DNA of 62,884 bases from Planctomycetes bacterium HGW-Planctomycetes-1 (GCA_002839495.1 PGYD01000002.1:1-62884), one strand, 5' to 3'. Positions 26,270-36,333 are shown, counted from the stretch's first letter. The notes: a model not told the origin generated them from the letters alone. Translations and numbers: made by a program.

Positions 26270-28852
26270 ATGCAGTTTGATAAATTTACACTAAAAGCAC
26301 AGGAAGCCCTTGCTACGGCACAGCAAATCGCGATGGCCAAGTCCAATATGGTTCTTTCGCCGCTGCATTTACTGAGTGCGATTTTGCAGGACGATGACGG
26401 AATTGCGGTGATGATACTAAAGATAATCGGAGCGAACATCGGCCGCATAAAAGAAATGACTGATGGTGAAATCAACAGGCTCGCTACGGGAACTGCCGGT
26501 CCGCAGATTATGCCCGACCCTGTTTTTAATCAGATAGTTCTCGACGCACAGAATCGCGCCGACAAAATGGGCGATGAGTATTTAAGCGTAGAGCATATTT
26601 TCATCTCTCTGGCCTCGGTCAAAAGCGATGCCAAGGAAATCTTAACCGTTAATTCCATAACGCCGCAGCAAATCGAAGCCGCTCTGAAACAGATTCGCGG
26701 CTCGGAAAAAATTATCGATGCCAATCCTGAAGGAAAATACAAGGCGCTGGAAAGGTACGGCATAGACCTTGTCGAAATGGCGAGGGGTGGGAAACTGGAC
26801 CCTGTTATCGGCAGAGAAGACGAAATCAGACGCTGTATGCAGGTCTTGAATCGTCGAACAAAAAATAATCCGGTTCTTATTGGCGAGCCGGGCGTCGGCA
26901 AAACCGCAATCGCCGAAGGCCTTGCCCAGAGAATCGTCGCTGGCGATGTGCCTGCGGGATTGAAGAATAAAAAAGTCGTCGCTCTCGATATGGGCGCTTT
27001 AATCGCGGGGACAAAATACCGCGGCGAATTCGAGGACAGATTCAAAGCGGTTTTGAAAGAAGTTATCGCATCCGACGGCGGAATCATTCTGTTCATCGAC
27101 GAATTGCATACAATCGTCGGTGCAGGAAGGGCCGAAGGCGCTGTCGATGCGGGTAATCTGCTCAAGCCTTCGCTTGCCCGCGGCGAACTCCGCTGCATCG
27201 GCGCAACAACAATAGATGAATACCGCAAACACGTTGAAAAAGACGCCGCTCTCGAGAGGAGATTTCAGCCGATTTTGGTTGACCCGCCTTCTGTCGAGGA
27301 AACTATCGCGATACTTCGGGGTCTTAAAGACAGGTACGATACTCATCACGGCGTAAGAATTTCCGACAGCGCGCTCGTAGCGGCGGCGACGCTTTCGAAC
27401 AGATATATTTCAGACAGATGGCTGCCCGATAAGGCCATAGATTTGATTGACGAGGCGGCGTCAAAAATGCGGATTGAAAACGATTCGCTCCCCGCCGAGC
27501 TCGACGATATACGAAGAAAAATTATGCAGCTTCAGATTGAAAAAGAAGCCTTAAAGAAAGAATCCGACAACGCAAGCAAAAAACGGCTCGACAATCTTGA
27601 AAAACAATTGGCCGAACTGCAGGAAAAAGATAAGGAGCTCAGCTCAAAATGGGAAAGAGAAAAAGCGGATATCGATTCTATAAAACAAATTAAGGAAAAA
27701 ATCGACCGTGCCAATACGGAATTCGACGAGGCTCAGCGCAAAGGCGAGCTTGAAACAGCCGCCAGATTAAAATACAGCACAATTGCCGATTTGCAAAAAA
27801 AACTCAGCGAAAGAGAAGAGCAGCTCGCGAAAGGCAACGGCAGCAAAATGATTCGAAACGAAGTTACCGAAGAGCACGTCGCTCAAATCGTATCCAAATG
27901 GACAGGAGTGCCCGTTTCAAGACTTTTGAGCGGCGAAAAAGAACGGCTTATGAATATGGAAAAAGAAATTCACAAACGCCTTGTCGGACAGGACGAAGCC
28001 GTCGATGCACTGTGCAATGCCGTTCGCAGAAGCCGGGCAGGTCTGGGCGATTCCGGCAGACCTATCGGCGTATTTTTATTTCTCGGCCCGACAGGCGTAG
28101 GCAAAACTGAGCTTTCAAAGGCTTTGGCGGAATTTTTATTCAACGACCCCAATGCGATGATTCGTATAGATATGAGCGAGTTTATGGAGCAGCACAGCGT
28201 CGCCCGCTTAATCGGCGCACCGCCCGGATATGTCGGCTACGAAGAAGGCGGCAGACTGACTGAAGCTGTCCGGAGAAAACCGTATTCGGTCGTTCTGCTC
28301 GATGAAATCGAAAAGGCGCATTTGGACGTATTCAATGTTCTTCTGCAGGTCTTTGATGAAGGCAGGCTCACGGACGGCCGGGGCAGAACGGTCGATTTCA
28401 AAAATACCGTGATAATAATGACCAGCAATATAGCCGGCGAACAGATTATGCAGCTTACCGAGGACCAAGGCGCCGACTGGGAAATCGAAGCGCACGTCAG
28501 GGAAGTTCTAAGAAAATATTTCAAGCCGGAGTTTCTCAATAGAATCGATGAAAGCATCGTATTCAAGATGCTCAGCAAAGAAGACCTTGAAAAAATCGTA
28601 GAAATCCAGCTTGCCCATCTTGCCGATAGACTGCACGACAAGCACATAAACGTCGAATTTACCGATAACGCGAAAAAGCAGTTAATAGATGAAGGTTATG
28701 ATATCGCTTTCGGTGCAAGGCCGCTGAAACGAACTATCCAGCAGCGATTGGAAAATAAACTTGCCGTAGAGCTGCTCGAAGGTAAATTTGCGGAGGGCGA
28801 TACGATAAGAATTGACGCAGACGCGCACAGTTTTGCGTTTAAAAAGATTTGA
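26270..28852 (+). CDS. clpB: ATP-dependent chaperone ClpB
   Basis: MQFDKFT start, two AAA+ modules ([10 protein letters not shown] and [10 protein letters not shown]) and a long middle coiled coil. The track ORF opens at TTG 26255. Confidence 0.92.
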   Translation: MQFDKFTLKAQEALATAQQIAMAKSNMVLSPLHLLSAILQDDDGIAVMILKIIGANIGRIKEMTDGEINRLATGTAGPQIMPDPVFNQIVLDAQNRADKMGDEYLSVEHIFISLASVKSDAKEILTVNSITPQQIEAALKQIRGSEKIIDANPEGKYKALERYGIDLVEMARGGKLDPVIGREDEIRRCMQVLNRRTKNNPVLIGEPGVGKTAIAEGLAQRIVAGDVPAGLKNKKVVALDMGALIAGTKYRGEFEDRFKAVLKEVIASDGGIILFIDELHTIVGAGRAEGAVDAGNLLKPSLARGELRCIGATTIDEYRKHVEKDAALERRFQPILVDPPSVEETIAILRGLKDRYDTHHGVRISDSALVAAATLSNRYISDRWLPDKAIDLIDEAASKMRIENDSLPAELDDIRRKIMQLQIEKEALKKESDNASKKRLDNLEKQLAELQEKDKELSSKWEREKADIDSIKQIKEKIDRANTEFDEAQRKGELETAARLKYSTIADLQKKLSEREEQLAKGNGSKMIRNEVTEEHVAQIVSKWTGVPVSRLLSGEKERLMNMEKEIHKRLVGQDEAVDALCNAVRRSRAGLGDSGRPIGVFLFLGPTGVGKTELSKALAEFLFNDPNAMIRIDMSEFMEQHSVARLIGAPPGYVGYEEGGRLTEAVRRKPYSVVLLDEIEKAHLDVFNVLLQVFDEGRLTDGRGRTVDFKNTVIIMTSNIAGEQIMQLTEDQGADWEIEAHVREVLRKYFKPEFLNRIDESIVFKMLSKEDLEKIVEIQLAHLADRLHDKHINVEFTDNAKKQLIDEGYDIAFGARPLKRTIQQRLENKLAVELLEGKFAEGDTIRIDADAHSFAFKKI

Positions 28853-28862
28853 CCGTAGCCGG

Positions 28863-29102
28863 TCAGCCTATGGTTAATTTTATAAAGACGAAGAGCGCTA
28901 TCGCGGTCAGCACCATAAAAACGACAATTGAACAAAACAGCAGAAATACCTGCCAGACGAACGGACCAAATTTAATCTCTTCCAATTTTGTGGCTTTATA
29001 TACAACCGCTATAACGGCTATCAGCGGCAGCGCAAGCAAAAAAGCCAGCGGCGTTGTGCCTATATGTACAGGGGCCATAAAACCCGCAAGGCAGCAAACC
29101 AT
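28863..29102 (-). CDS. small membrane protein
   Basis: 79 aa with two or three hydrophobic helices. It is last in the operon with the two upstream genes (overlapping stop and start). Confidence 0.45.
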   Translation of the reverse strand: MVCCLAGFMAPVHIGTTPLAFLLALPLIAVIAVVYKATKLEEIKFGPFVWQVFLLFCSIVVFMVLTAIALFVFIKLTIG

Positions 29103-29512
29103 TATTTCTCCCGTTCTTTTACATTAATACAGTGAGCCATATATACGGCATTTACAACGCACAAAAGGTTCAGCATACCGGTAATACCTGTATAGATTTC
29201 GCCTATTTCTCTCGGTCTGCCGAAAGAATCCAGATGATATACAGAGCCGCTTAAATGAGCAAGGTATGCCACTGCCGGCGAAGCAAGAAATTGCGCCCAA
29301 TACCAAGGCGTCCCTGCATCGATTACGGCAATCGAGCCGATATAAATGCCCAGCACAAAAGCAAACATCAGCGAAACAAATATTATAACCGCCCGTTTTC
29401 GCTCGCTGATTAGCCAGTGTCCTGCGCCGGGTATCCACCAGCCCAGAACACCGACAAGGAAAAGAAAGCCCAGGCTGGGCAAATGGAATTTTCCTGCCGT
29501 CGCCTGTGTCAT
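29102..29512 (-). CDS. membrane protein, function unknown
   Basis: 136 aa with four predicted helices. Its start overlaps the upstream gene's stop. Confidence 0.5.
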   Translation of the reverse strand: MTQATAGKFHLPSLGFLFLVGVLGWWIPGAGHWLISERKRAVIIFVSLMFAFVLGIYIGSIAVIDAGTPWYWAQFLASPAVAYLAHLSGSVYHLDSFGRPREIGEIYTGITGMLNLLCVVNAVYMAHCINVKEREK

Positions 29513-31704
29513 TAATTTTCTCCGTTTATATCATTAGAATCAGCCGATTTTTCCGGCGTCTGTGCGGGTCGAAGGTTCAACCGTCTCATAACATTATCAG
29601 GCATAAAGTGCTCTATCGCCATACTCTGCGATATAACATAATCCTGCTGAAAAGCCAGCTCCGGACGTACGCTTTCGTATTCTTCGATTGTTCCAAAACC
29701 GCAGGTCAGATTTTTTACCGCATAACAGGAAAGCTGTGGTCCAAAATCTATAATCAGCGGTAATTCTTCTTTAGCCGCTTGTATATCCAGCGATTTCTGG
29801 TAAAATATATTTATGAGTTTGGCGTAAATTATGCTCTCTTTGACGATGCTTCCCGCCCCTGTTAATCCAGCAGTTTTTGTTTTCGTCATTTCTATCTCCA
29901 TTTGCGAAACCCTGTTTCTATTCTCCCAGCTCTGAACGGCGAATTTCTTTTCCGTTTTAGCGGCATCTTTTTTGCCGGACGAGGCGCCAAGCTTCTGCAA
30001 AGCCGACTCCCAGGACTGCTTTTTAGTCGTTTCGAGAAAATCCTCTGCTGTCTTTCTTGCAATTTTCATCGCCTCGAGTCTTTTGCAATCCTTTGCCACA
30101 ACATCTTTTAAGATAAAACTTTTGTTTTCCGCTTCAGAGGACTCGAAAATTTCAGGGAGATTTTTTTGATAGCTGAGCTCGACACTTTCAGGCATCATAG
30201 AACCGGCGGTCTCCACAACACGCACCATTGCCATAATATCGCCGTCCCTGCCGGCCAGAGGCCCGAAACTGACATACATTTTCGGAGCCGGCGGCTCGAA
30301 CGGCCCGAGTTTGCCTGCTTCATCGCCAAGCTGCGATACCGCAAAGGCAAGTCTTACAAGTCTTACCGGCATCCTGTTTTGCCCGGCCATCAGCAGCGAC
30401 CCTATATATCGGTCTGATTGTATCTGCTCGGCAGTCAGCAGTCCTGTTCTGCCGGTATAAAGTTTTATTCCGTACTCTTTCGATGCAATCTCCGCCGAAG
30501 ATGCATAATCACCGGCTTTATTTCGGAACTCATCAAGGCTCGTTTTTTCAAAATCTAACGACTCGAAACCGGCTTCGGTCTGTTCGATGGCTTTGTTAAG
30601 AATTTTCGTACAATGCGACCCCGTTTTTTGAGTGTACAGCATTTCTTTTATACTGTTGGCTGCTTCGGCATAACTTTTCTGTCTTATGACGGGTTCGCCG
30701 CTCTGATCGTTCACATCCGCGAATACACGTTCTGTAAACTGTTCAAGATTTCGCTGGTAATACTCTTCGGCTTCCTCTTCCGTGGGCTTGCCAACCAGTT
30801 TTTTTACATCGTCGAGTTTTACAATTATATAATCCACCGCAACCCGCGGCATAATTTTATATCCGAAACCGTACGGGTTATCGTCTGTTATTTCGCCGGG
30901 CAGATAATTTTTATATTTCTCAAATTGTGCCGAAATTTGCGTCTCGTCCGGCTCCGAAACCTTGTCCAGAAAATCGTCAGCGGAAAACTGCACAAATTCA
31001 ACATTAATTTTTTCCATTGTTCTGGAAAAAACATTCTCGAGTTGCGGCTCGGTAACATCTTCAGTATCGCTCACAATTCTTGCATAAATCAAAACCGACA
31101 GAACATCCGCGAAGGCGGCTAACGCCTGCGATTCTGTAATATTGTGGGCAAGACATACTCTATTAACGGCCGTTGCCGCATCAAGTTGGTTATTGGTTAT
31201 CTGGGAAATAAGCCTATTGAGAATATCGGCCGCAGAGTCTGGAAGAACCGTACAGCCTGCCTGCCGGGCTTCGTTTTTAAGCAGTATCCAGAATAATTCT
31301 GACCTGCCGCGAGTTTGCGAAAAGAAATCGTTTATCTTTGAAACACCCAAATAAAGTCGGCCCTGCAGAGAAAGCCTTTTAAGTTCATCACTTAACATTG
31401 CGGCCTGGTCTGTTTCTGGGAAAAGCACTTGCCCCAAAAGCACAAGCTTCAAGTCCTGCTGACCCATTAAAAACCTGTCTACGAATAAACCGCGAAGCAC
31501 AGCGAGCTCTGCGGTAGCCTGCCGGACATCCTCGATACTAATTTTACTGTCCTTGCTGTACAGCCACATCGCACTTCCGGCCCTCATCTGCGGCTTGGCA
31601 AGCTGATTTAAAACCGTAGGCATAATAAAAGCTATCATAATCAGTATCACGAATATCGCCATCAACTTGGTCATATTCTTGCGAAACCATTTAACCAGAT
31701 GCAT
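29512..31704 (-). CDS. PpiD/SurA-N-like periplasmic chaperone (no clear parvulin motif)
   Basis: N-terminus MHLVKWFRKNMTKLMAIFVILIMIAFIMPTVL is an anchor helix, followed by a long soluble part. GGAGAG precedes ATG 31704; the track ORF opens at TTG 31716. Confidence 0.6.
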   Translation of the reverse strand: MHLVKWFRKNMTKLMAIFVILIMIAFIMPTVLNQLAKPQMRAGSAMWLYSKDSKISIEDVRQATAELAVLRGLFVDRFLMGQQDLKLVLLGQVLFPETDQAAMLSDELKRLSLQGRLYLGVSKINDFFSQTRGRSELFWILLKNEARQAGCTVLPDSAADILNRLISQITNNQLDAATAVNRVCLAHNITESQALAAFADVLSVLIYARIVSDTEDVTEPQLENVFSRTMEKINVEFVQFSADDFLDKVSEPDETQISAQFEKYKNYLPGEITDDNPYGFGYKIMPRVAVDYIIVKLDDVKKLVGKPTEEEAEEYYQRNLEQFTERVFADVNDQSGEPVIRQKSYAEAANSIKEMLYTQKTGSHCTKILNKAIEQTEAGFESLDFEKTSLDEFRNKAGDYASSAEIASKEYGIKLYTGRTGLLTAEQIQSDRYIGSLLMAGQNRMPVRLVRLAFAVSQLGDEAGKLGPFEPPAPKMYVSFGPLAGRDGDIMAMVRVVETAGSMMPESVELSYQKNLPEIFESSEAENKSFILKDVVAKDCKRLEAMKIARKTAEDFLETTKKQSWESALQKLGASSGKKDAAKTEKKFAVQSWENRNRVSQMEIEMTKTKTAGLTGAGSIVKESIIYAKLINIFYQKSLDIQAAKEELPLIIDFGPQLSCYAVKNLTCGFGTIEEYESVRPELAFQQDYVISQSMAIEHFMPDNVMRRLNLRPAQTPEKSADSNDINGEN

Positions 31705-31864
31705 ATCACTCTCCAAAAAAAGGTTAAAAAAATCTGTTTTTCGACTGCAACTATTTTAGCAAAAACAGGTTACAAACATTTTCAGTTTTCACTTAAGAAA
31801 AGCAGAGTATACGCAATTTGCCGCTTTTTGCAATAGAAAAACAAACTGTCTTTTGGCGCAACTG

Positions 31865-31894
31865 TTTGCACTTTTGACACTTAAAGATTATAGT
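31865..31894 (+). promoter_or_regulatory. candidate promoter TTTGCA-18 nt-TATAGT for the hemL leader
   Basis: The -10 ends 7 nt before ATG 31902. Confidence 0.4.
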
Positions 31895-31901
31895 CAAAAG
31901 G

Positions 31902-31988
31902 ATGAATCCCGCACCTTTTAAGTATTCAGGGCATTATAAAGGTGCTTGATTCAAAATATTGATGAGTGAATAGGGAAAGGTGCGGGAT
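31902..31988 (+). promoter_or_regulatory. hemL leader: uORF plus a 13-bp hairpin that occludes the hemL start codon
   Basis: ATCCCGCACCTTT (31906-31918) pairs with AAAGGTGCGGGAT (31976-31988). A decoy AAAGGTGC sits at 31938-31945. The uORF MNPAPFKYSGHYKGA* spans 31902-31949. Confidence 0.6.
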
Positions 31989-33297
31989 GAAATCTAATAG
32001 ACAGTTCAAAAAAGCCTGCCGTTTAATGCCCGGCGGGGTGAACTCTCCCGTCAGAGCGTTCAAATCTGTCAATTGTGCGCCGATTTTCATCGCAAAAGGT
32101 AAAGGCTCTAAAATTTACGATATAAATGGTAATGAATATATCGACTACGTATGCTCGTGGGGAGCTTTAATACTCGGCCATTCGCATCCGGCTGTTATCA
32201 AAGCGGTAAAAACCGCCGCTCAAAACGGAACTTCTTTCGGCGCCCCGACAAATGCCGAAACCATCCTTGCCGGAATAATTGTCGATGCCTTCGATTCGAT
32301 TGACAAAGTTCGCCTCGTCAGCAGCGGCACCGAGGCTGTTATGACGGCGATTCGTCTCGGGCGTGCCTTTACCGGCAAAAATTATATCCTGAAAATGTCC
32401 GGCTGCTATCACGGCCACAGCGATTCGATGCTCGTCAGCGCCGGCTCAGGCTCGGCTGAATTTTCAAAGCCTTTATGTCCCGGTGTGCCTAAATCTCTTT
32501 CTTCGCTCACATTAGTTGCTGAATATAATGATATAGATTCGGCAGCTAAGGCTTTCAGGAAATATAAAAACAAAATCGCCGCCTGCATAATCGAACCCGT
32601 CGCCGCAAATATGGGCGTTATACTTCCAAAACCCGGCTATCTGCGGGCACTGCGAAAACTATGCGATGAAAATAAGGCCCTTTTGATTTTCGACGAGGTA
32701 ATCACAGGTTTTCGCCTCTGTTTCGGCGGAGCCCAGACGATTTTTAAGATAAAACCTGACCTGACCTGCCTTGGCAAAATCATTGGCGGCGGTCTGCCCT
32801 GCGCAGCCGTCGGCGGAAGAGCCGATATTATGGATATGCTCGCACCGCAAGGAGCGGTTTATCAGGCGGGTACTTTGAGCGGCAACCCGCTGGCCACCGC
32901 CGCGGCGATTGCGACCTTGAAAATCTTAAAAGATAAAAGGTTTTACGCCCGACTTGAAGAAAAGGCGAAAACGCTCCATCGCGGCATTGCCGAGGCGGCA
33001 AAAAAAACTGCCGTCCCGACGACAATAAACCGAATCGGCTCGCTTTTGAGCTGCTTTTTCACGAAAAAACCCGTAAAAAATTTCAACGATGCAAAGGCCG
33101 CCGATACGATATTATTTAAGGCGTTTTTCGCAGAGATGCTCAAAAACGGCATCTATCTTGCCCCCAGTCCTTTCGAGGCGATGTTTATTTCTGCCGCTTT
33201 GACAAAAAAGGATGTTGAAAAAACGATAGCCGCAGTACACAATAGTCTAAAAGCTGTTAGTGCCGATAAGAAATGGCCGAGATTTAAGGAGAAATAA
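31987..33297 (+). CDS. hemL: glutamate-1-semialdehyde 2,1-aminomutase
   Basis: MPGGVNSPVRAF, SGTEAVM, and LGKIIGGGLP (PLP Lys). The track ORF opens at GTG 31966; ATG 31987 (MKSNRQF) is more likely. Confidence 0.9.
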   Translation: MKSNRQFKKACRLMPGGVNSPVRAFKSVNCAPIFIAKGKGSKIYDINGNEYIDYVCSWGALILGHSHPAVIKAVKTAAQNGTSFGAPTNAETILAGIIVDAFDSIDKVRLVSSGTEAVMTAIRLGRAFTGKNYILKMSGCYHGHSDSMLVSAGSGSAEFSKPLCPGVPKSLSSLTLVAEYNDIDSAAKAFRKYKNKIAACIIEPVAANMGVILPKPGYLRALRKLCDENKALLIFDEVITGFRLCFGGAQTIFKIKPDLTCLGKIIGGGLPCAAVGGRADIMDMLAPQGAVYQAGTLSGNPLATAAAIATLKILKDKRFYARLEEKAKTLHRGIAEAAKKTAVPTTINRIGSLLSCFFTKKPVKNFNDAKAADTILFKAFFAEMLKNGIYLAPSPFEAMFISAALTKKDVEKTIAAVHNSLKAVSADKKWPRFKEK

Positions 33298-33298
33298 A

Positions 33299-34078
33299 AT
33301 GGCTGATGAATCGAAAAGACAGGACCAGCTTCTCGAGACCACCGACTGTCTCGAAGCTATCGGAACTCTAAAAAACGCTAAAAATCTATTCTTTTTTATC
33401 AGTTTTATTTGCCTCTTGATTTTGCAGGCTATTTTTTGGCTGACGCCGACAAAATATATCGAACTGCCGAATGAAACGGCTCAAAGCAACCTTGCGTCTG
33501 TTTCCTCTATGATTGCGAAATTGGCCGTACCCGCCAAACAGGAAGCGAAAATAGAAACCAAAACGCAAAAAATCGAACAGGCCGCCCAAGCCCTGACCGC
33601 TGACGCCAACGCCGCAAAGACTGACCCTAACACAGCCGCACATACAAAACATTATCCGCAGATAAAAATTAAATTCGCGAATATTGCATGGACGATTAGG
33701 GTCTGCAATTATCTGCTGGCGGTCTCTACAATCATATATTCCCTGACGCTCCTTTTCGCTATGAAGATTTCGCTTGTCGGCAGGCTCGGCGGAATAAGTC
33801 ATATCACAAAGGCCGTCTTCGTATCGTTTCTTGTCGTTGTGCTTATTCTTCCGTGGCAGCTTATGTTCAAATCCGTCCTTTTCGGCGTGATTTACACTCC
33901 TGCCGAGCTGCTTGCCGTCTGGGAAAATTTCAGTGGGTATTCTGCCGGAGCGCTCGGTTTAATGGTTATGCGGTTCAGCCTCTTATGGCTCGTGGTAACG
34001 CTGCTCCTTATCAACGCACAATTGCGCTCTATGCGATGGTCGAAAAATACTCTCAAACGCCTCGGCATCATCGGATAA
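33299..34078 (+). CDS. membrane protein, function unknown
   Basis: About 259 aa counted from ATG 33299 (AAGGAG upstream), with several TM helices. Confidence 0.5.
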   Translation: MADESKRQDQLLETTDCLEAIGTLKNAKNLFFFISFICLLILQAIFWLTPTKYIELPNETAQSNLASVSSMIAKLAVPAKQEAKIETKTQKIEQAAQALTADANAAKTDPNTAAHTKHYPQIKIKFANIAWTIRVCNYLLAVSTIIYSLTLLFAMKISLVGRLGGISHITKAVFVSFLVVVLILPWQLMFKSVLFGVIYTPAELLAVWENFSGYSAGALGLMVMRFSLLWLVVTLLLINAQLRSMRWSKNTLKRLGIIG

Positions 34079-34089
34079 TCTGAAAACTT

Positions 34090-34603
34090 ATGGCGCAGTT
34101 TCGCATAGCTTTTATCGGTACCGGCATAATGGCAGGCGGGCCGAAAGATTCTTTCGAGAAAGTCCGGCCGGTTTTCGAGGCGATGGGCAAGAACTATTAC
34201 CTATTGCGGCCCGTCAGGCTTTGGCCAGATAACAAAGCTCGCCAATCAGATTATGGTCGTTCACACGATTATGAGTATTTCCGAAGGTCTTGCCTTTGCG
34301 AAAAAAGCGGGGCTCGATTTGCAAACAACTTTAGCGGCGACAAGCGGCGGGGCCGCAGGCAGCGCATCGCTGAAAGTTCTCGGGCCTAAAATCATCGCAG
34401 GCGACTTCAAGCCCGCGTTTATGGTCGATTTGCAGGTCAAGGATTTACGATTGGTTTTGGAGTATACCGACAAAATCAGTCAACCCCTGCCCGGCACAAA
34501 ACTTGCGAAGGAATTATCATCCGTTCTGCAGAAACAAGGCAGAGGCAAAGACGGCACTCAAGCGTTATTTGATGTGATTAGACAACTGGCTGAAGAAAAA
34601 TAA
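34090..34603 (+). pseudogene. decayed 3-hydroxyisobutyrate/6-phosphogluconate-dehydrogenase-family gene (internal deletion plus frameshift)
   Basis: IAFIGTGIM (Rossmann start) is fused directly to GGPKDSFEKVRPVFEAMGK. After AMGK the homologous reading continues in the +1 frame as TITYCGPSGFGQITKLANQIMVVHT... to the end. Confidence 0.8.
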
Positions 34604-34621
34604 AAACAGGATGAGTTAGGA

Positions 34622-35173
34622 TTACAACTGCCAGCCCGCCGGATAGCTGACGTTATCTCGTTCGATATCGAATTTTCTGGTAAGGGTGTCCACCAGTTCT
34701 TGAGTCCGGCTTATCTGATAATCCGAAGCGGGCGTTCTTTTGCCTTCCCCTATCACGCAGATTCGGATTGTTTTGCTGCTGCCGTACCACGCTGCGCCGG
34801 GCAAAGCCGACCACTGATTGAGCCATTTTTCCGTCGATTGTATCTGCCCGTCCATCGCACCGAGGCTGTTGCAGACGAGAAAATGAAAATTAAGGTCGTC
34901 CGGACTTGTAAGGCCGTGGAGAGATGCGAGCTGGGCGAGGTCGCCGCCTTTGGTATTGCTGTAAAATACCTCGATTCTGTCCCACCTGTCGGCTGTAGTA
35001 CCCTGACGGGTCTGCGTAACCGATGGAATCGAGCCGAGCGAAGAATAGCTGGCGAGGCTGAATGCTCCCGCCGATATGGACTGGCTGTCCAATGCCATCA
35101 GCAGTGCCGCTCCTATCGTCATAGAAACCACAAGGTATATCAGTATTTTCGCTTCACGCGGCCGAGTCGGCAT
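34622..35173 (-). CDS. Amidase_2/PGRP-like domain protein with membrane anchor
   Basis: N-terminal TM helix, then WDRIEVFYSNT, LNFHFLVCN..GAMDGQI, and TIRICVIGEG. Confidence 0.55.
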   Translation of the reverse strand: MPTRPREAKILIYLVVSMTIGAALLMALDSQSISAGAFSLASYSSLGSIPSVTQTRQGTTADRWDRIEVFYSNTKGGDLAQLASLHGLTSPDDLNFHFLVCNSLGAMDGQIQSTEKWLNQWSALPGAAWYGSSKTIRICVIGEGKRTPASDYQISRTQELVDTLTRKFDIERDNVSYPAGWQL

Positions 35174-35474
35174 ATTTTTAATCCGTTAAAAAACTGTTTT
35201 AGGACCTTCCTTACTCGCTTCCGCCAATGACGGAATTGATTTTGTTGGCTGCACCGCCACTATAATTGCTATCGGCCAATTGGTAAAGTTTTTATAAGCA
35301 ATTTTCGCAAAAAATCTGAAAAGATTTCACAATTAATCCGCATAAAGTTTTTCCGCCTCTTTTCCACAGGCAAACCCCCTGTTTACCGATGCCGACAAAG
35401 CCGAGAAAACAGGAAATCTCTTCTCCTGTTCTCCTCTTTGCTAACCGTTCTCCTGTGATTTTGAGAGTTGATAA

Positions 35475-36272
35475 TCAATCATTTATGAGACTGCAGGCCA
35501 CAAGGCATAATCTTATGACAGGTTTGGATTTATTGGAGCAAAACATCATCTGTCCTATTGCCTCAGGACCTTGCTGCGGAAAATTCGCGGGGTTTGCAGC
35601 TATACAGACAAACTGTCCCGGCCGCAGGGATACGGAAAGGGATGCCAAACTGAATGGAAATTCCCATAACACGGGTTGTTTTTTACCGCTCATTTGTTTC
35701 TTGTCCGGAGCTATTTCGGCCTTGTAAACCGGCGTTATACTTACCCTGCGGATTTGTTTAAGACCGATAAGCGGCTTTGTATTAAATCGTAAAGAAACAT
35801 TTCCGGCAGGCAAACCGATTCCGATTGAGTCGCTGCCGCTCTGTCGATAACTGACAGAGCCGGGCTTATCCAAAACAGCCAGTACGATATCGTCATTGAT
35901 ACCGTCATTGATATAAGCAATTGTACGCTTGACCGGTTTGGCTTTTGAGTCAACCAAAATTTGCGCCAGCTTCGTCCATGTTTCTATGTCTCCGCCGCAA
36001 CTAACCAGTCCGTTGCCGGCAAAACTTCCTAAATTTACATATTCGACGGGCAAATCATTAATATCATACAGCACATCGAGTACCGCAGGATATTTGTCTC
36101 TGTCGAGTTCGAATACATATAAATAAAGACCTGTGGCCGCTTTGTCTTCATTTAACAGGCTGTCTTTCGGAATAATATCCGTTATTCTCGTTTTTTCCCT
36201 GCCCAAGCCCTGCCGGGCGAACACCAGCACCGCAAGAAATAACAGAATATAGAAATATCGTAGTGTATTCAT
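35475..36272 (-). CDS. secreted hypothetical protein
   Basis: 265 aa with signal peptide MNTLRYFYILLFLAVLVFA. I recognise no family. Confidence 0.5.
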   Translation of the reverse strand: MNTLRYFYILLFLAVLVFARQGLGREKTRITDIIPKDSLLNEDKAATGLYLYVFELDRDKYPAVLDVLYDINDLPVEYVNLGSFAGNGLVSCGGDIETWTKLAQILVDSKAKPVKRTIAYINDGINDDIVLAVLDKPGSVSYRQSGSDSIGIGLPAGNVSLRFNTKPLIGLKQIRRVSITPVYKAEIAPDKKQMSGKKQPVLWEFPFSLASLSVSLRPGQFVCIAANPANFPQQGPEAIGQMMFCSNKSKPVIRLCLVACSLIND

Positions 36273-36280
36273 ATTTTTTG

Positions 36281-36309
36281 ATACTAATACCGATAGGGCG
36301 GGATGTCAA
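36281..36309 (-). promoter_or_regulatory. sigma70-type promoter TTGACA-17 nt-TAGTAT ending 8 nt before the ATG at 36272
   Basis: Read on the minus strand: TTGACAtcccgccctatcggtatTAGTATcaaaaaatATG. Confidence 0.5.
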
Positions 36310-36333
36310 CGGCGGCAATTATAACCGATAAAA

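Noticed and set aside
26530-27228. Long antisense ORFs inside clpB, and similar ones inside rubrerythrin (4001-4528), dnaB (57449-58096), bamA (58685-59560, 59633-60619), glmU (52017-52796), the RR (38933-39568) and rnr (23219-23884)
   Set aside because: Each lies opposite a gene with unambiguous family motifs. Their translations are Ser/Arg/Pro-rich or otherwise compositionally odd, as expected for antisense frames of moderately GC-rich coding DNA.
31855-31869. TGGCGC-aactg-TTTGC, a sigma54-like motif upstream of hemL (and GGCAAAAATGTTTGC at ~36905)
   Set aside because: The GG-to-GC spacing is 1 nt too long relative to the strict -24/-12 geometry. The 36905 site is better explained as a GGCAAA/TTTGCC hairpin.
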